Source: Methanothrix sp. (lineage in GTDB: Archaea > Halobacteriota > Methanosarcinia > Methanotrichales > Methanotrichaceae). From it: 64,000 bases of DNA. Shown here one piece after another: positions 1 through 9,686 of the stretch. Below the pieces are notes generated by a model, which was given only the letters and a program-made list of their open reading frames with translations, was not told where the DNA came from and ran no database searches. The translations under genes were made by a program, and so were the position numbers. Each line of letters starts with the position of its first letter. Position 1 is the first letter of the stretch. Location: assembly GCA_963682135.1 (NCBI GenBank), contig OY821645.1, positions 1,664,001-1,728,000 on the forward strand. The letters are read 5' to 3'.

Positions 1-1334
1 AGGTAGCCCCTTAGACTACTGTTGGTCCTCAGGTTCGCGGGCATCAAATCGATGTCGTTCTTCAGAACATCGAATCCCTTTTCAACGATATCCTTGCTTC
101 TATAAAGCGCAAGACATTCCACCCACGTGAACTCGCCTCGATAAAGCAAGATAAACTTTCCCATTTTATTAATAGCCTGGGAGACCGCATTTTTTCTAAG
201 TGATACCTGAAACTTACCGTCTATTGCTTTCCATTCTATAAACTTGGCATCTCTTTTCGCAGTCGCCCTGAAAACTTCTCCAGGATTCATCCAGGGTTTC
301 AGGTTCTTGGACTTGAGCACTTCCATCAAATCGTAGAGTCGCTTATAAAACGTATTTCTTTCCTGCTGCTCTCTTTTCTGATCGTAATATGCATATCCGT
401 TCAGCTTGTTTTCACCAACATCGATCTCTACAGGCATCACAAACAGCGGCTCTTTTTCATAGAGTTTTAGATGCTCTGGATCGTCAATGCTTTTGTGGAT
501 AGCAGATATCGCTTCTTTGACGTTCTTGAGATTACTCGTTGGCGGAATAATGAACGACAGATCTGCAGATATCATCTCCTCGATATTGTCGGTTGAAAAG
601 AAGCCTCTATCCATGATCAGAGTATAATTTCTGACGCCCTGTGCATTCATTTTCTTGATAGTATTCTTAAGCGTAGATACATCTGCGATGCTTCCTGGGT
701 AGAGATCATACATCAACGGTATGCCCAGATCTTTGTCCACGACTAGAGACAGATTGATTTGAGGCAGGTCGAGGCCATCTCGATTATAGCCGTATTCAAG
801 GAGGCTGATGCTCTGAGAGTAAGACGAAAAGGAGGTTATATCGTAGACTAGCGTGCTGGCTGTGGATACTTGCTCAATGAGTTTGCGAGAGAATTCCAGA
901 TTCACAGTACCTTCACCGATACTGCTTAGCATTCGTGAAAGGCTCTGTGATGATAAGGGAAGATTCGGATGGTCTTCAGACATGACCGTACCTTCATACC
1001 AGCTCTGGATATGGGTTAGTGCTCGGGGGTGTGTGGCATAGTTCATTGCCAGTGTCAAAATCGGCCGGACTTCTTTACCAGGAAGAACATCAGAGAGGAT
1101 CTTTTCTAGCTTAAGGTCCTCTGTGATCTTCTTGAGTGGAACGAATTCGCCATGCGATAGCACTTTCTTGGGGATTTGGTCTTTGGCGCGAACCTTCACG
1201 GGAACTCCATTGACATTCTTTCCCAAGTATTTGCTTTTCTGCCGAATTTGCTTCTTTTCCTTATCGTAATAAGGTGTAATTTCATATATGTATTCCAGGC
1301 CATTTATCTTTTTGGTTCGAATAAAAGATTTCAT
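1..1334 (-). CDS. IS1634-family DDE transposase (3' end runs off the window)
   Basis: Manual minus-strand translation from ATG 1334: MKSFIRTKKINGLEYIYEITPYYDKEKKQIRQKSKYLGK...LVYDITSFSSYS...EYGYNRDGLDLPQINL...LYPGSIADVSTL...LIMDRGFFS, matching typical IS1634 motifs. Absent from the ORF track because it is open at the window edge. Confidence 0.9.
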   Translation of the reverse strand, partial: MKSFIRTKKINGLEYIYEITPYYDKEKKQIRQKSKYLGKNVNGVPVKVRAKDQIPKKVLSHGEFVPLKKITEDLKLEKILSDVLPGKEVRPILTLAMNYATHPRALTHIQSWYEGTVMSEDHPNLPLSSQSLSRMLSSIGEGTVNLEFSRKLIEQVSTASTLVYDITSFSSYSQSISLLEYGYNRDGLDLPQINLSLVVDKDLGIPLMYDLYPGSIADVSTLKNTIKKMNAQGVRNYTLIMDRGFFSTDNIEEMISADLSFIIPPTSNLKNVKEAISAIHKSIDDPEHLKLYEKEPLFVMPVEIDVGENKLNGYAYYDQKREQQERNTFYKRLYDLMEVLKSKNLKPWMNPGEVFRATAKRDAKFIEWKAIDGKFQVSLRKNAVSQAINKMGKFILLYRGEFTWVECLALYRSKDIVEKGFDVLKNDIDLMPANLRTNSSLRGY

Positions 1335-1423
1335 GTTGTATTTAGGCACAGCATACTATTTATAGTTTTTGGTCATCGATGGCGAAAATTGATCAGATAT
1401 GCCTAAATTTCGGGGAGCTTAGG
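1..1423 (-). mobile_element. IS1634-family insertion sequence, left end; probable terminal IR at 1402-1423 (minus strand CCTAAGCTCCCCGAAATTTAGG)
   Basis: Transposase plus a CCTAA-initial end sequence about 70-90 bp upstream. The partner IR and target duplication lie outside the window. Confidence 0.7.
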
Positions 1424-1915
1424 TTTATGAGTTCTTCGTGGGCTGATTGAAGGGCAATAGTAGGAGATCATGCCATCCGGCTTCGCGTGAGATTGGAACA
1501 GGTCCGGTTTCACGCGAAGGCACGAAGCCACGAAGTCCTGATAACGTAAAGACAATTCTTGCAGATCCATCGCCAACCTGCGACTTACAATGCTGGCGGG
1601 CCAGCATTCGGCAAGTGGGACTGAGACCTCAAGTCTGCTGGCTATCCCTTGCGCTCTCGCCGCACGCCCCTGAGGCGATCCACGGGACTGCACACAGACG
1701 CAGGCACGCGTGGCAGCACTTGGTCGTGCAGGCGCAGCTGGGCACATCTCCCGCCCGCCCTGGGCTGCGTAGAAGGCTTGCACGAGGACGACCGAAAATT
1801 AGCAGAAGAGTAAAAAAAATATAGTATAATTTATAATAAATCTTTTCAGAACGTCTTACGGAAAAAATTAAATAAGATATTCGTATTACTGATCAGTACT
1901 AAAGATACGAAATAA

Positions 1916-4900
1916 ATGTCAGGTTGCACCACATCCATGCCGATAAAATACGATACAGAAAGCCATATCCCAAGTGCAGGCAAATTCATTGATGGAAATG
2001 TATATAATAAACTAAAATTATATAACGAAAGTAAGACGAGTCGATCTCTCTGCATTTCGCTGACCCTATTTGTACTGTTTTCTGCAATCATTCTGCCAGC
2101 CGCAGCCTCGTCTCTGAGCCTCTCTGGCCCGCCCGAAGTAGATGTCTCGGGAGAAAGCACCTTCGAGATGAATTTCATTTCCAGCGATGATGCCCGCAGC
2201 CTGTCTGCACGGCTCTTGGTTCCTGAGGGATTCAGCTATACTGGAAACGCAAAACTCATTTGGGGCGGCACAAGATTATCAGTTGAACCTCAGCAGAGCG
2301 GTCAGTCTTTACAGTGGGATCTTTCTGGTGCGCTAAAATCCTGCAGACACATAATAATCAATGAATGGGAGCCCAATCCTTCTGGCACTGACACCCTAAA
2401 AGAATGGATTGAGCTATTCAATCCATCGTCCCAGGCAGTCATTATCGGCAAGTGGAAACTGATCGACAGCTACTACGGCAAATCGATTTCCATTCCCCCT
2501 AACACAGTTATCATGCCGAATGGTTATCAACTCCTCACCTGGACCAATGGCTCTTTGGTCAACTCCTACAAAACCAGCATTTCCCTTCTGGACCTCGCCG
2601 GCAACGAGGTCGACCGCACATCCTCGGTCAAGGATGATAAGAACAATGACCTCTGTTGGGCTCGCAATCCCAATGGCAAGGATCTGGACAGTGATCAGGA
2701 TTGGAAATTTCAGGCGGCAACTCCAGGGAGCTCCAATGGCGGAAATTCTGCGGACATTTATGCCGGCGAGTCTCTGGGTTTGCAGTTCAATCTTACGGCC
2801 GACTGCAACGCAGCAGGCCAGGCACAGATATCGGCAGAGATCCTCTCCTCGACTGGCAAGACACTGGCACCGCCGATTCCCTTAACCATGAGAAGGGCCA
2901 ACATAAGCCTTTCCGCCTCACCGGATCGATTCGATATCGCCAAGAGTGACGAGATAGCCTGGACCATTCTGCTGGAAAACGATGGGGATGGGACGGCTTA
3001 CAATGTGGTTGTCAATGTGACAATTGATCAGGGCTTGCAACTTGTAGACATCGATTCACCGAAAAGAGCTCTGAACTGGAGCTATGCATCCCTTGCACCA
3101 GGCCAGACAGAGAGGATCATTCTCAAGGCCAGAGCGCTATCCGCCCAAAATATCTACACCAGCACCTTTCAAGCCCGTTGGGGCTACAGCCCCTGCCAGG
3201 AGATCAGCCAGAACTCTGTTTTGGGCGCAAGAACTGCTCTGCAAAAGATGCCAGACCAGCCTCGCAGTCTGGCTGTAGGTGAAGCCGCAGACTTTGAGAT
3301 CTCCGCCGACCTGCCCCGCGGCGCTCATAACCTGTGGATCAATGATACCGTTCCTTCGGGCCTGATCTACAACAAAAGCAGCCTGTCCGTGCAGGGACCG
3401 GGATTGCAGCGCGAACTGGTTTTTGATAATTCCGACGGCCCCCGGCAGATCAACTGGTTTTTTGGGGACACCGGTCCGACGAAGACCATCGAGATCGCTT
3501 ACAACTGCCTGATGGCAAATACGCCCGAGAACCTGGACGGCGCTGTTCTGGGGGGAACTATGGCCAGCATGAGCTGGCTGGAAGGTGCCGCAGGCAAAGC
3601 CGATGCCGACGAGGCCGGGTCCCTGACTGTGGTCGAGCCTGACCTGGTGCTGGAGATGCAGGCCGCCCGGCCCTTCGCCGCCCCTGAGGAGCGCGTCTCC
3701 TTCACCCTTCTCCTCTACCACTCCGCCCAAAGCCATGCGCCTGCTTTTGACCTGGATCTGCAGGCGCTGCTGCCAGCGGGGCTGGAATACGAGCCGGGCT
3801 CGGCACAGGTCCTGTCTGGACCTGATGCTGCTTTTGACGACGAAGACATCAGATGGCAGCTTGCGTACCTGAGCCAGGACTGGAACGCCGACAAAAAGGC
3901 CATCCTGCGCTTCAATGCGACGGCGCATGTCGCGCCGGGCGAGCTGATTGCGGGCCGAGCCCGTCTTACCTGGACCAGCCAGCCAGGAGCGTGCGCCCAG
4001 GAGCGCACTGGCGCAGGAGGGGTCAACGACTACCTGCGAGAGGCCGTGGCAGGGGTGAAGGTCATGAGCCTATCCCTGACCAAGACCGCCGATCCGGATC
4101 CAGTGACCGTGGGCGAGATTCTGACTTACGCCCTCACCTACGAGAACCTTGGCGGCAGCGTAGCCCACAACGTCACCATCCACGACCGCCTGGACCCGAG
4201 AGTCACCCTAATCTCCGCCGACCCGACTGCCGATGAGGACTGCACCTGGAACATTGCACAGCTCGACCCGGACGGTCCGCACACCATCCACCTGAAGGTC
4301 CTGGTGAACGATACCCTGCCCGACGGAGCACTGCTGGAAAACCGATTTACGATCAGTTGCGATGAGCTGGAGATGAAATCGGGCAGCCTTTACACCACAG
4401 TTATGAACGGAACACTTCTATCCATTAACAAGACACCTCTGCAAAAGGCGGTGCGTCGGGGCGAGGAAGTAAGCTACATCATAACGGTCTGCAACAAGGG
4501 CGGCCTGCCAGCTAGCAACGTAACCGTGCGCGATGTCTTTGACTCCGCTGTGGAGCTGATCTCTGTCTGGCCGGAGATGGCAGCAGATGGCGTCTGGCAC
4601 TTCCCTGCTCTCGCGCCGGGCCAGTGCGTGCAGATGGGCCTGACGGTGCGCCTTCCCAGAACGGACGTACTCTACCAGAGCCGCCAGAATGTCACGGGCC
4701 AGGGGTTCGTGCGATCCTACCAAGATTACAGCACCCGCCGCCCGGCTGGCCTTCTCACCAACCGCGTCTACGTGTCATCGGACCAGATGCAGCTCTCATC
4801 ATCAGCTAATGTGAAGATTCTGGCAGAGGAGGGAACACAGCTCTGCCAGCGCACGCACGGCAGCGGGGATTACGAAGATGGGGAAGATCTGCGCTTTCTC

Positions 4901-6316
4901 ACCACCAACAAATCCATTCGTCTGGAGAGAAGCGTGAAGGCAAGCTATCATCCTACAAGGCTTCTCCTACCGGGAAGCGGCTCACAGACGCTCTCCAGTC
5001 TCTGGCACGATGTGACTCGGGCCAGGAACGGCATCACCAATACCTCATTTGAAGAATCTTATCGATATTCCACAACCCTGGAAAGCGAGAGCCGCTATGA
5101 TCTGGATGAAAACCAGTCAAAGATGCAGATAAAGTCCGGCTTTCAAGGATTAGCGCACCTTGGTACCCTGAAGAGACCGGCGCCGGGGCGCAAAGATGAC
5201 ATCATTTCTGTTGAAGACTATGCAGGCGATTTTCAGCTCTCGGAGAGCATCCGCGATCTGGGCCAGGGCCTGATGATGGACCGCTCTGCATCCGGCCAGG
5301 GCTATGTAGCCAAAGATATGCTGGGCAGGGGGCAGAGGAGCTACGAGTCAGGCACCGGATCCTATCGATTGGAAGAGAGTGGGGACACATTTTCCGGCGT
5401 CATGACCAAAGATCTGCAGGCAACTCACCGCAGCCTTAGCCACAAAGTCACGCCCCGCACTTTTCTGAATGTCTCCCAAAAGTGGTCGGAGGGCATACTG
5501 CTCTTGAGCCCTTCCAGCATTATAGCCGAGGAGTACGGCAGTGCCACTCGACTGAAGATGAAGGCCGTGGCTGCCAGCCCCAGGGAACTGAAGAGCCAGT
5601 CCAACTTCTCCGGGACGGCGAAGCTGCGAGCCGCCGTAGTCAAGAACGGGACTATTGCCGTAGACCGCGACGAGACGTTCATGGGCGACTACGAAGTCTC
5701 GCGAAGGATCATCCTCTCAGGCAGCGCCAGATACGACCGACCGCACCTTTACCTTCGCAAAGATGGACGGCAAGTCAAGGACGTGGCCGTTTATACTATC
5801 ATCATCACCAATGACGGCAACACCACCATTGGGCCCCTCTTCTTGCAAGACATCTTCCCGCCCGGTGCCAAATTCATCAACGCCACATTGCGGCCCAACC
5901 AGATCGGCCGGAACAGCTCCAACTGGACACTGCTACATCTTTCCATCGGCGATACATTGAGAATTCGCATAAACCTGGATGTGGAAAAGTGCAATGATGA
6001 GATCATCAACCGGGCTTTGATCGTGGGCAACTGCAGCCTGGGCCAGGTCTTCGCGCAGAACAGGTCGGTCATCGGCCGGGGGTACCTGGGGTGCTGCCCG
6101 CTCCCACAGAGGGCCACGCGAGCAGAGGAAGCCCTGGAGATAGGCTGCGCCTGCTGGAAGGAAGAGGAGGAGGAGACAGCGACCGCAAACGAGACTGATT
6201 ATTTGGATGCGAGGCAGATGCAAATGCAGTGGGGTAATGCGGGCGAAGATGAGGGGGCATGCCCCTTAAACTGCGAGGCTGCAAAAGAGAGTAATGCCCC
6301 ACATGTAAATTTCTAA
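1916..6316 (+). CDS. Large secreted surface protein: lamin-tail domain, several DUF11/Ig-like repeats, unnamed beta-rich C-terminal module, Cys-rich tail (start uncertain)
   Basis: Hydrophobic signal LTLFVLFSAIILPAAA; LTD motif IIINEWEPNP..EWIELFNP...ATPG; DUF11 motifs LTKTADPDPVTVGEILTYALTYEN and INKTPLQKAVRRGEEVSYIITVCN. Confidence 0.85.
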   Translation: MSGCTTSMPIKYDTESHIPSAGKFIDGNVYNKLKLYNESKTSRSLCISLTLFVLFSAIILPAAASSLSLSGPPEVDVSGESTFEMNFISSDDARSLSARLLVPEGFSYTGNAKLIWGGTRLSVEPQQSGQSLQWDLSGALKSCRHIIINEWEPNPSGTDTLKEWIELFNPSSQAVIIGKWKLIDSYYGKSISIPPNTVIMPNGYQLLTWTNGSLVNSYKTSISLLDLAGNEVDRTSSVKDDKNNDLCWARNPNGKDLDSDQDWKFQAATPGSSNGGNSADIYAGESLGLQFNLTADCNAAGQAQISAEILSSTGKTLAPPIPLTMRRANISLSASPDRFDIAKSDEIAWTILLENDGDGTAYNVVVNVTIDQGLQLVDIDSPKRALNWSYASLAPGQTERIILKARALSAQNIYTSTFQARWGYSPCQEISQNSVLGARTALQKMPDQPRSLAVGEAADFEISADLPRGAHNLWINDTVPSGLIYNKSSLSVQGPGLQRELVFDNSDGPRQINWFFGDTGPTKTIEIAYNCLMANTPENLDGAVLGGTMASMSWLEGAAGKADADEAGSLTVVEPDLVLEMQAARPFAAPEERVSFTLLLYHSAQSHAPAFDLDLQALLPAGLEYEPGSAQVLSGPDAAFDDEDIRWQLAYLSQDWNADKKAILRFNATAHVAPGELIAGRARLTWTSQPGACAQERTGAGGVNDYLREAVAGVKVMSLSLTKTADPDPVTVGEILTYALTYENLGGSVAHNVTIHDRLDPRVTLISADPTADEDCTWNIAQLDPDGPHTIHLKVLVNDTLPDGALLENRFTISCDELEMKSGSLYTTVMNGTLLSINKTPLQKAVRRGEEVSYIITVCNKGGLPASNVTVRDVFDSAVELISVWPEMAADGVWHFPALAPGQCVQMGLTVRLPRTDVLYQSRQNVTGQGFVRSYQDYSTRRPAGLLTNRVYVSSDQMQLSSSANVKILAEEGTQLCQRTHGSGDYEDGEDLRFLTTNKSIRLERSVKASYHPTRLLLPGSGSQTLSSLWHDVTRARNGITNTSFEESYRYSTTLESESRYDLDENQSKMQIKSGFQGLAHLGTLKRPAPGRKDDIISVEDYAGDFQLSESIRDLGQGLMMDRSASGQGYVAKDMLGRGQRSYESGTGSYRLEESGDTFSGVMTKDLQATHRSLSHKVTPRTFLNVSQKWSEGILLLSPSSIIAEEYGSATRLKMKAVAASPRELKSQSNFSGTAKLRAAVVKNGTIAVDRDETFMGDYEVSRRIILSGSARYDRPHLYLRKDGRQVKDVAVYTIIITNDGNTTIGPLFLQDIFPPGAKFINATLRPNQIGRNSSNWTLLHLSIGDTLRIRINLDVEKCNDEIINRALIVGNCSLGQVFAQNRSVIGRGYLGCCPLPQRATRAEEALEIGCACWKEEEEETATANETDYLDARQMQMQWGNAGEDEGACPLNCEAAKESNAPHVNF

Positions 6317-6389
6317 TTATCCAAAATTTGATCGGAAGTTAGAAGTAGCTGCAGCACCAAATTATAACTATAAATGAGGTGAGATTCAC

Positions 6390-6623
6390 ATGGAACCCAG
6401 GATTCTGAAGATCGGCGAGAAGGTAACCGGCAGATACAGAGACATGGAGATGGGCAAGAGCCGCAAATTCTTCCGGGTTAAACTGGACAACGAAGAGTTT
6501 TATCTACCTAAAGATGTGGGCAATTCCCTGCTCGCGAGCCACCAGCAAGGCAACGAAATGTTCACCATCCAGCGTCAGCTCGATGTGTATGAGATCCGGC
6601 CCATCCTGCCGGAGATGGATTAG
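6390..6623 (+). CDS. Hypothetical small protein (77 aa)
   Basis: Strong SD GAGGTGA 7 nt upstream and TATA-like TATAAA; globular-looking composition. Confidence 0.8.
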   Translation: MEPRILKIGEKVTGRYRDMEMGKSRKFFRVKLDNEEFYLPKDVGNSLLASHQQGNEMFTIQRQLDVYEIRPILPEMD

Positions 6624-6884
6624 ATTGGACTCAAACATTTGGGCATACCCTCCTGCCCAGATTGCAGGCAGGCCCTGACCGGCAGTTGGGCGAGATCATA
6701 ATGGAAGATCGCGCCGACGATTGCGGCCGGGAGCCAGCCAGCCCATTGGCCAGCCTCCCATAAAAAATATCATCCCAAATCAAACGCCCTTTTGATATAA
6801 ATAATAATCATATATTTGCCACTTTCAAATAGGAAAGTTTTTTATTTCTCCTTTGCATACCAGCGACAAAAGGGGGAATTCGTC

Positions 6885-7550
6885 ATAAAAATATCACGAT
6901 TATTGACAATAATGGTATTACTGTCTGCATTAGTTGTATCTGCAACTGCATCGCAAGAAAAATCCGGTATTTCCGGCGAGCAGGCCCTGCAAATGCTCAT
7001 GGAGGGCAACGCACGCTTTGTATCTGGTAATGTCACCCATCCCGATCAGTCTGCGGATCGCCGCACAGAACTTGTCTCTGGACAGCATCCCTTTGCCGTT
7101 GTCGTGGGATGCTCCGACTCCCGGGTTCCACCCGAGGTCACCTTTGAACAGGGCCTGGGAGACATCTTCGTGATCAGAACAGCCGGGGAAGTCATGGATA
7201 ATGTCACCCTGGCCAGCATTGAATACGCAGTAGAGCACTTGAATGTGCCATTGGTCGTCGTGCTGGGCCACGATAGCTGCGGAGCAGTAACCGCCGTCGT
7301 AAAGGGCGGAGAAGTGCCGGGCCACCTGAATAGTCTGGTCAATTACATCCTGCCGGCAGTAGATGAGGCGAGAGCAGCAGGCAACGAGGATCAGCTCCTG
7401 AATAACTCCATTGACAACAACGTCAAGAACATCGTGGAAGAGCTCAGCACATCGCAGCCCATCCTCTCTGAGGCGGTCAATGAAGGCAAGCTCAAAGTAG
7501 TAGGTGCTCGTTACCATCTGGACAGCGGAATAGTGGATATTGAAGAGTAA
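6885..7550 (+). CDS. Beta-class carbonic anhydrase with N-terminal signal peptide (start uncertain: ATA 6885, TTG 6903 or ATG 6912)
   Basis: Zn-ligand motifs GCSDSRV and GHDSCGAV; LMEGNARF; GDIFVIRTAG; hydrophobic leader LLTIMVLLSALVVSATA. Confidence 0.92.
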   Translation: MKISRLLTIMVLLSALVVSATASQEKSGISGEQALQMLMEGNARFVSGNVTHPDQSADRRTELVSGQHPFAVVVGCSDSRVPPEVTFEQGLGDIFVIRTAGEVMDNVTLASIEYAVEHLNVPLVVVLGHDSCGAVTAVVKGGEVPGHLNSLVNYILPAVDEARAAGNEDQLLNNSIDNNVKNIVEELSTSQPILSEAVNEGKLKVVGARYHLDSGIVDIEE

Positions 7551-7600
7551 TCTTTTTTTTGCAGGCTCAGGGGGGGCCATTTAGGCCCCTGGCGCCCTTA
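7551..7600. terminator. Probable terminator between convergent carbonic anhydrase and ftsZ genes
   Basis: T-tract TCTTTTTTTT directly after the stop codon, followed by the GC hairpin GGGGCC-ATTTA-GGCCCC. Confidence 0.5.
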
Positions 7601-7609
7601 TTTGTTAGA

Positions 7610-8728
7610 TCAGTAGCGCGCCCGGCGAGGGAGGAAGTCTATACCGTGCCTGGATGTTACACGCCGGTTCAGGTCTTTTCCCAATATTTGCGGTGATGAT
7701 ACGCCAGTGACCACAAGCATGGTTCGCAGAGTATGCTCCAGGTTCGGGTCTATCTGCGCACCCCAGATGATGCGGGCATCAGGATTGATCTTCTGGTAGA
7801 CCTCATCCACCACGGTTTCGGCATCGGTGATGGTCATATCCGGGCCGCCTACCACGTTTACCAGGGCCGAGTTTGCGCCTGATACATCAACATCCAAGAG
7901 AGGGCTGCGCAGAGCTTTCATGACTGAATCGCGTGCTTTCTCTTCGCCTTCTGCCTCGCCCATGCCGATCATGGCTACGCCGCCGTTGGTCATGACGGTT
8001 CTTACATCGGCAAAGTCCAGATTGATCAGTCCGGGCCGGGTGATCAGCTCCGTGATGCCCTTGACTGAGCGCATCAATACTTCATCAGCGACTTTAAAGG
8101 CGGCTTGCAGGGGAAGATTGGGGACTACATCCAAGAGACGGTCGTTAGGCACCACGATTACCGTGTCCGAAACCTCTCGCAGCCTCTTTAATCCGGCTTC
8201 GGCATTTTGCATTCTGATGGAGCCTTCCGCACTGAAGGGGATAGTGACGATGGCAATGGTGAGAGCTCCAGCCTCTCGCGCAGCTTCTGCGACCACGGGA
8301 GAAGCGCCCGTGCCCGTGCCACCCCCCAGTCCGCAGGTAACGAAGACCATATCCGCCCCTTCCACGGAGGCTTTAATCTCATCGATATCCTCCTGGGCAG
8401 CTTCTTCACCGATGGCGGGCAAGCTTCCTGCCCCCAGGCCGCGAGTAGTGCGTCTACCGATAAGGAAACGCCGATCGGCATTGATGTGCAAAAGATGCTG
8501 GGCGTCGGTGTTTATGGCGAAAAGCTCTGCACCCTGGATGCCGCACTCTGCCAGACGGTCGATGGTATTCGAGCCGCCTCCACCGCATCCTATGACACGG
8601 ATAACCGTGGTCAGCTCTTCCAAAACCCCAACCAGCTCTTCATCGCTCTGGATCATGCTGGATGGCTTGATCCTGCTCTCGGCCTCAGATCTGCCTAGGG
8701 CTTCGTCGATGATGTACTTAATCTCCAT
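7610..8728 (-). CDS. ftsZ: Cell division protein FtsZ (FtsZ1-like N-terminus)
   Basis: [27 protein letters not shown] tubulin signature, NLDFADV. Confidence 0.97.
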   Translation of the reverse strand: MEIKYIIDEALGRSEAESRIKPSSMIQSDEELVGVLEELTTVIRVIGCGGGGSNTIDRLAECGIQGAELFAINTDAQHLLHINADRRFLIGRRTTRGLGAGSLPAIGEEAAQEDIDEIKASVEGADMVFVTCGLGGGTGTGASPVVAEAAREAGALTIAIVTIPFSAEGSIRMQNAEAGLKRLREVSDTVIVVPNDRLLDVVPNLPLQAAFKVADEVLMRSVKGITELITRPGLINLDFADVRTVMTNGGVAMIGMGEAEGEEKARDSVMKALRSPLLDVDVSGANSALVNVVGGPDMTITDAETVVDEVYQKINPDARIIWGAQIDPNLEHTLRTMLVVTGVSSPQILGKDLNRRVTSRHGIDFLPRRARY

Positions 8729-8808
8729 CCCCTCTGCTTTTTTCTGCGTTATTTGCTAATCAATTAGTATATAGTTTTTTGCATATAGAAAAGAAGATGT
8801 TGTCCAGT

Positions 8809-9204
8809 TCAATTGGTCCGCAAGGATTTGAGCTTTTCAATCTGTCTCATCACCCTCTCGGATTCCTTCGATTTCTCACTCTCCAGGTAATCGACAATCT
8901 CAGGAAGGCTCCTATTCAACTTATAGATGCGATACGGTCGTCCCTTCCCTGGATTTTTCTCATCTCTTTCAACAATCCATTCCAGTTTTCGAATCTCCCG
9001 CATAGCAATGCTCACTTCCGGTTGGCGAAGATCCGATCCAATCTCTATCTCGCGGGATGTTGCCTCTGCCACCCCGGCCAGATAGGTCAAGACTTTGGCC
9101 ACGTTCCTTTTCAGGCCTACCTTCATAAGTATGGATGCAAATTCATCGCGTTCGACTCTTAGGTCTGAGGCGGTTGATGTATTCAAAACGGTCACCTTGG
9201 GCAT
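8809..9204 (-). CDS. Winged-HTH transcriptional regulator (archaeal ArsR/TrmB-like)
   Basis: VAKVLTYL...SREIEIGSDLRQPEVSIAMREI...GKGRPYRIYKL; TATATATA element upstream of ATG 9204. Confidence 0.85.
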   Translation of the reverse strand: MPKVTVLNTSTASDLRVERDEFASILMKVGLKRNVAKVLTYLAGVAEATSREIEIGSDLRQPEVSIAMREIRKLEWIVERDEKNPGKGRPYRIYKLNRSLPEIVDYLESEKSKESERVMRQIEKLKSLRTN

Positions 9205-9277
9205 AACGAGTGATATCATATATATATAACCTGGCCTCCCTGCATCTAGGCACACGTATGAAGAGCCACCAGGAATG

Positions 9278-9350
9278 AGAACGGATGTGGGTTAGGACTC
9301 GGGGGCGTGTAGCATAATTCATTGCCAGATTCAAAACTGGCCAGACATAC
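9278..9350 (-). pseudogene. Degenerate internal fragment of IS1634 transposase
   Basis: Translates LAMNYATRPRVLTHIRS versus LAMNYATHPRALTHIQS in the transposase at about 1004-1070; DNA visibly alignable. Confidence 0.8.
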
Positions 9351-9474
9351 TTTCTCCATTTCTTAAGAGCTTCAATACAGTATCGTAAGGCCGGTGAGAT
9401 GGAGCAGAAATCTCATCAAAATTAGCGGTGTTACAAAGGCCAGAAGAAGCGAAAAAAATTGCTTTGTAATTATA

Positions 9475-9546
9475 TGCGCCGATCGGGAATCGAACCCGAG
9501 TTTAGGCGTTGGCAACGCCTAGTGATAACCGCTACACTATCGGCGC
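9475..9546 (-). tRNA. tRNA-Gly(GCC)
   Basis: Acceptor stem GCGCCGA/TCGGCGC-A; anticodon arm AGGCG-TTGCCAA-CGCCT; T-loop GGTTCGATTCC. Confidence 0.96.
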
Positions 9547-9686
9547 TATCGTGTTTCACGAAGCATCCCCTACAATCACCTTCTAGTCTAAAAACATTGC
9601 GGGTAAAAAGCCCCGCCCTGAGCCCGCGCCCAAAGCTACATACCCTTTATCTACCTTGAAGAGGAGCTTTCTATGGTGATATTCGC

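Noticed and set aside
6640-6770. GC-rich intergenic patch with short imperfect inverted repeats
   Set aside because: No second copy seen and stems are weak; cannot support a MITE or RNA call.
7827-8759. 310-aa plus-strand ORF antisense to ftsZ, and similar long antisense ORFs over trxB, CBS, cbi and apgM genes
   Set aside because: Shadow ORFs of well-supported genes in GC-rich DNA; no motifs of their own.
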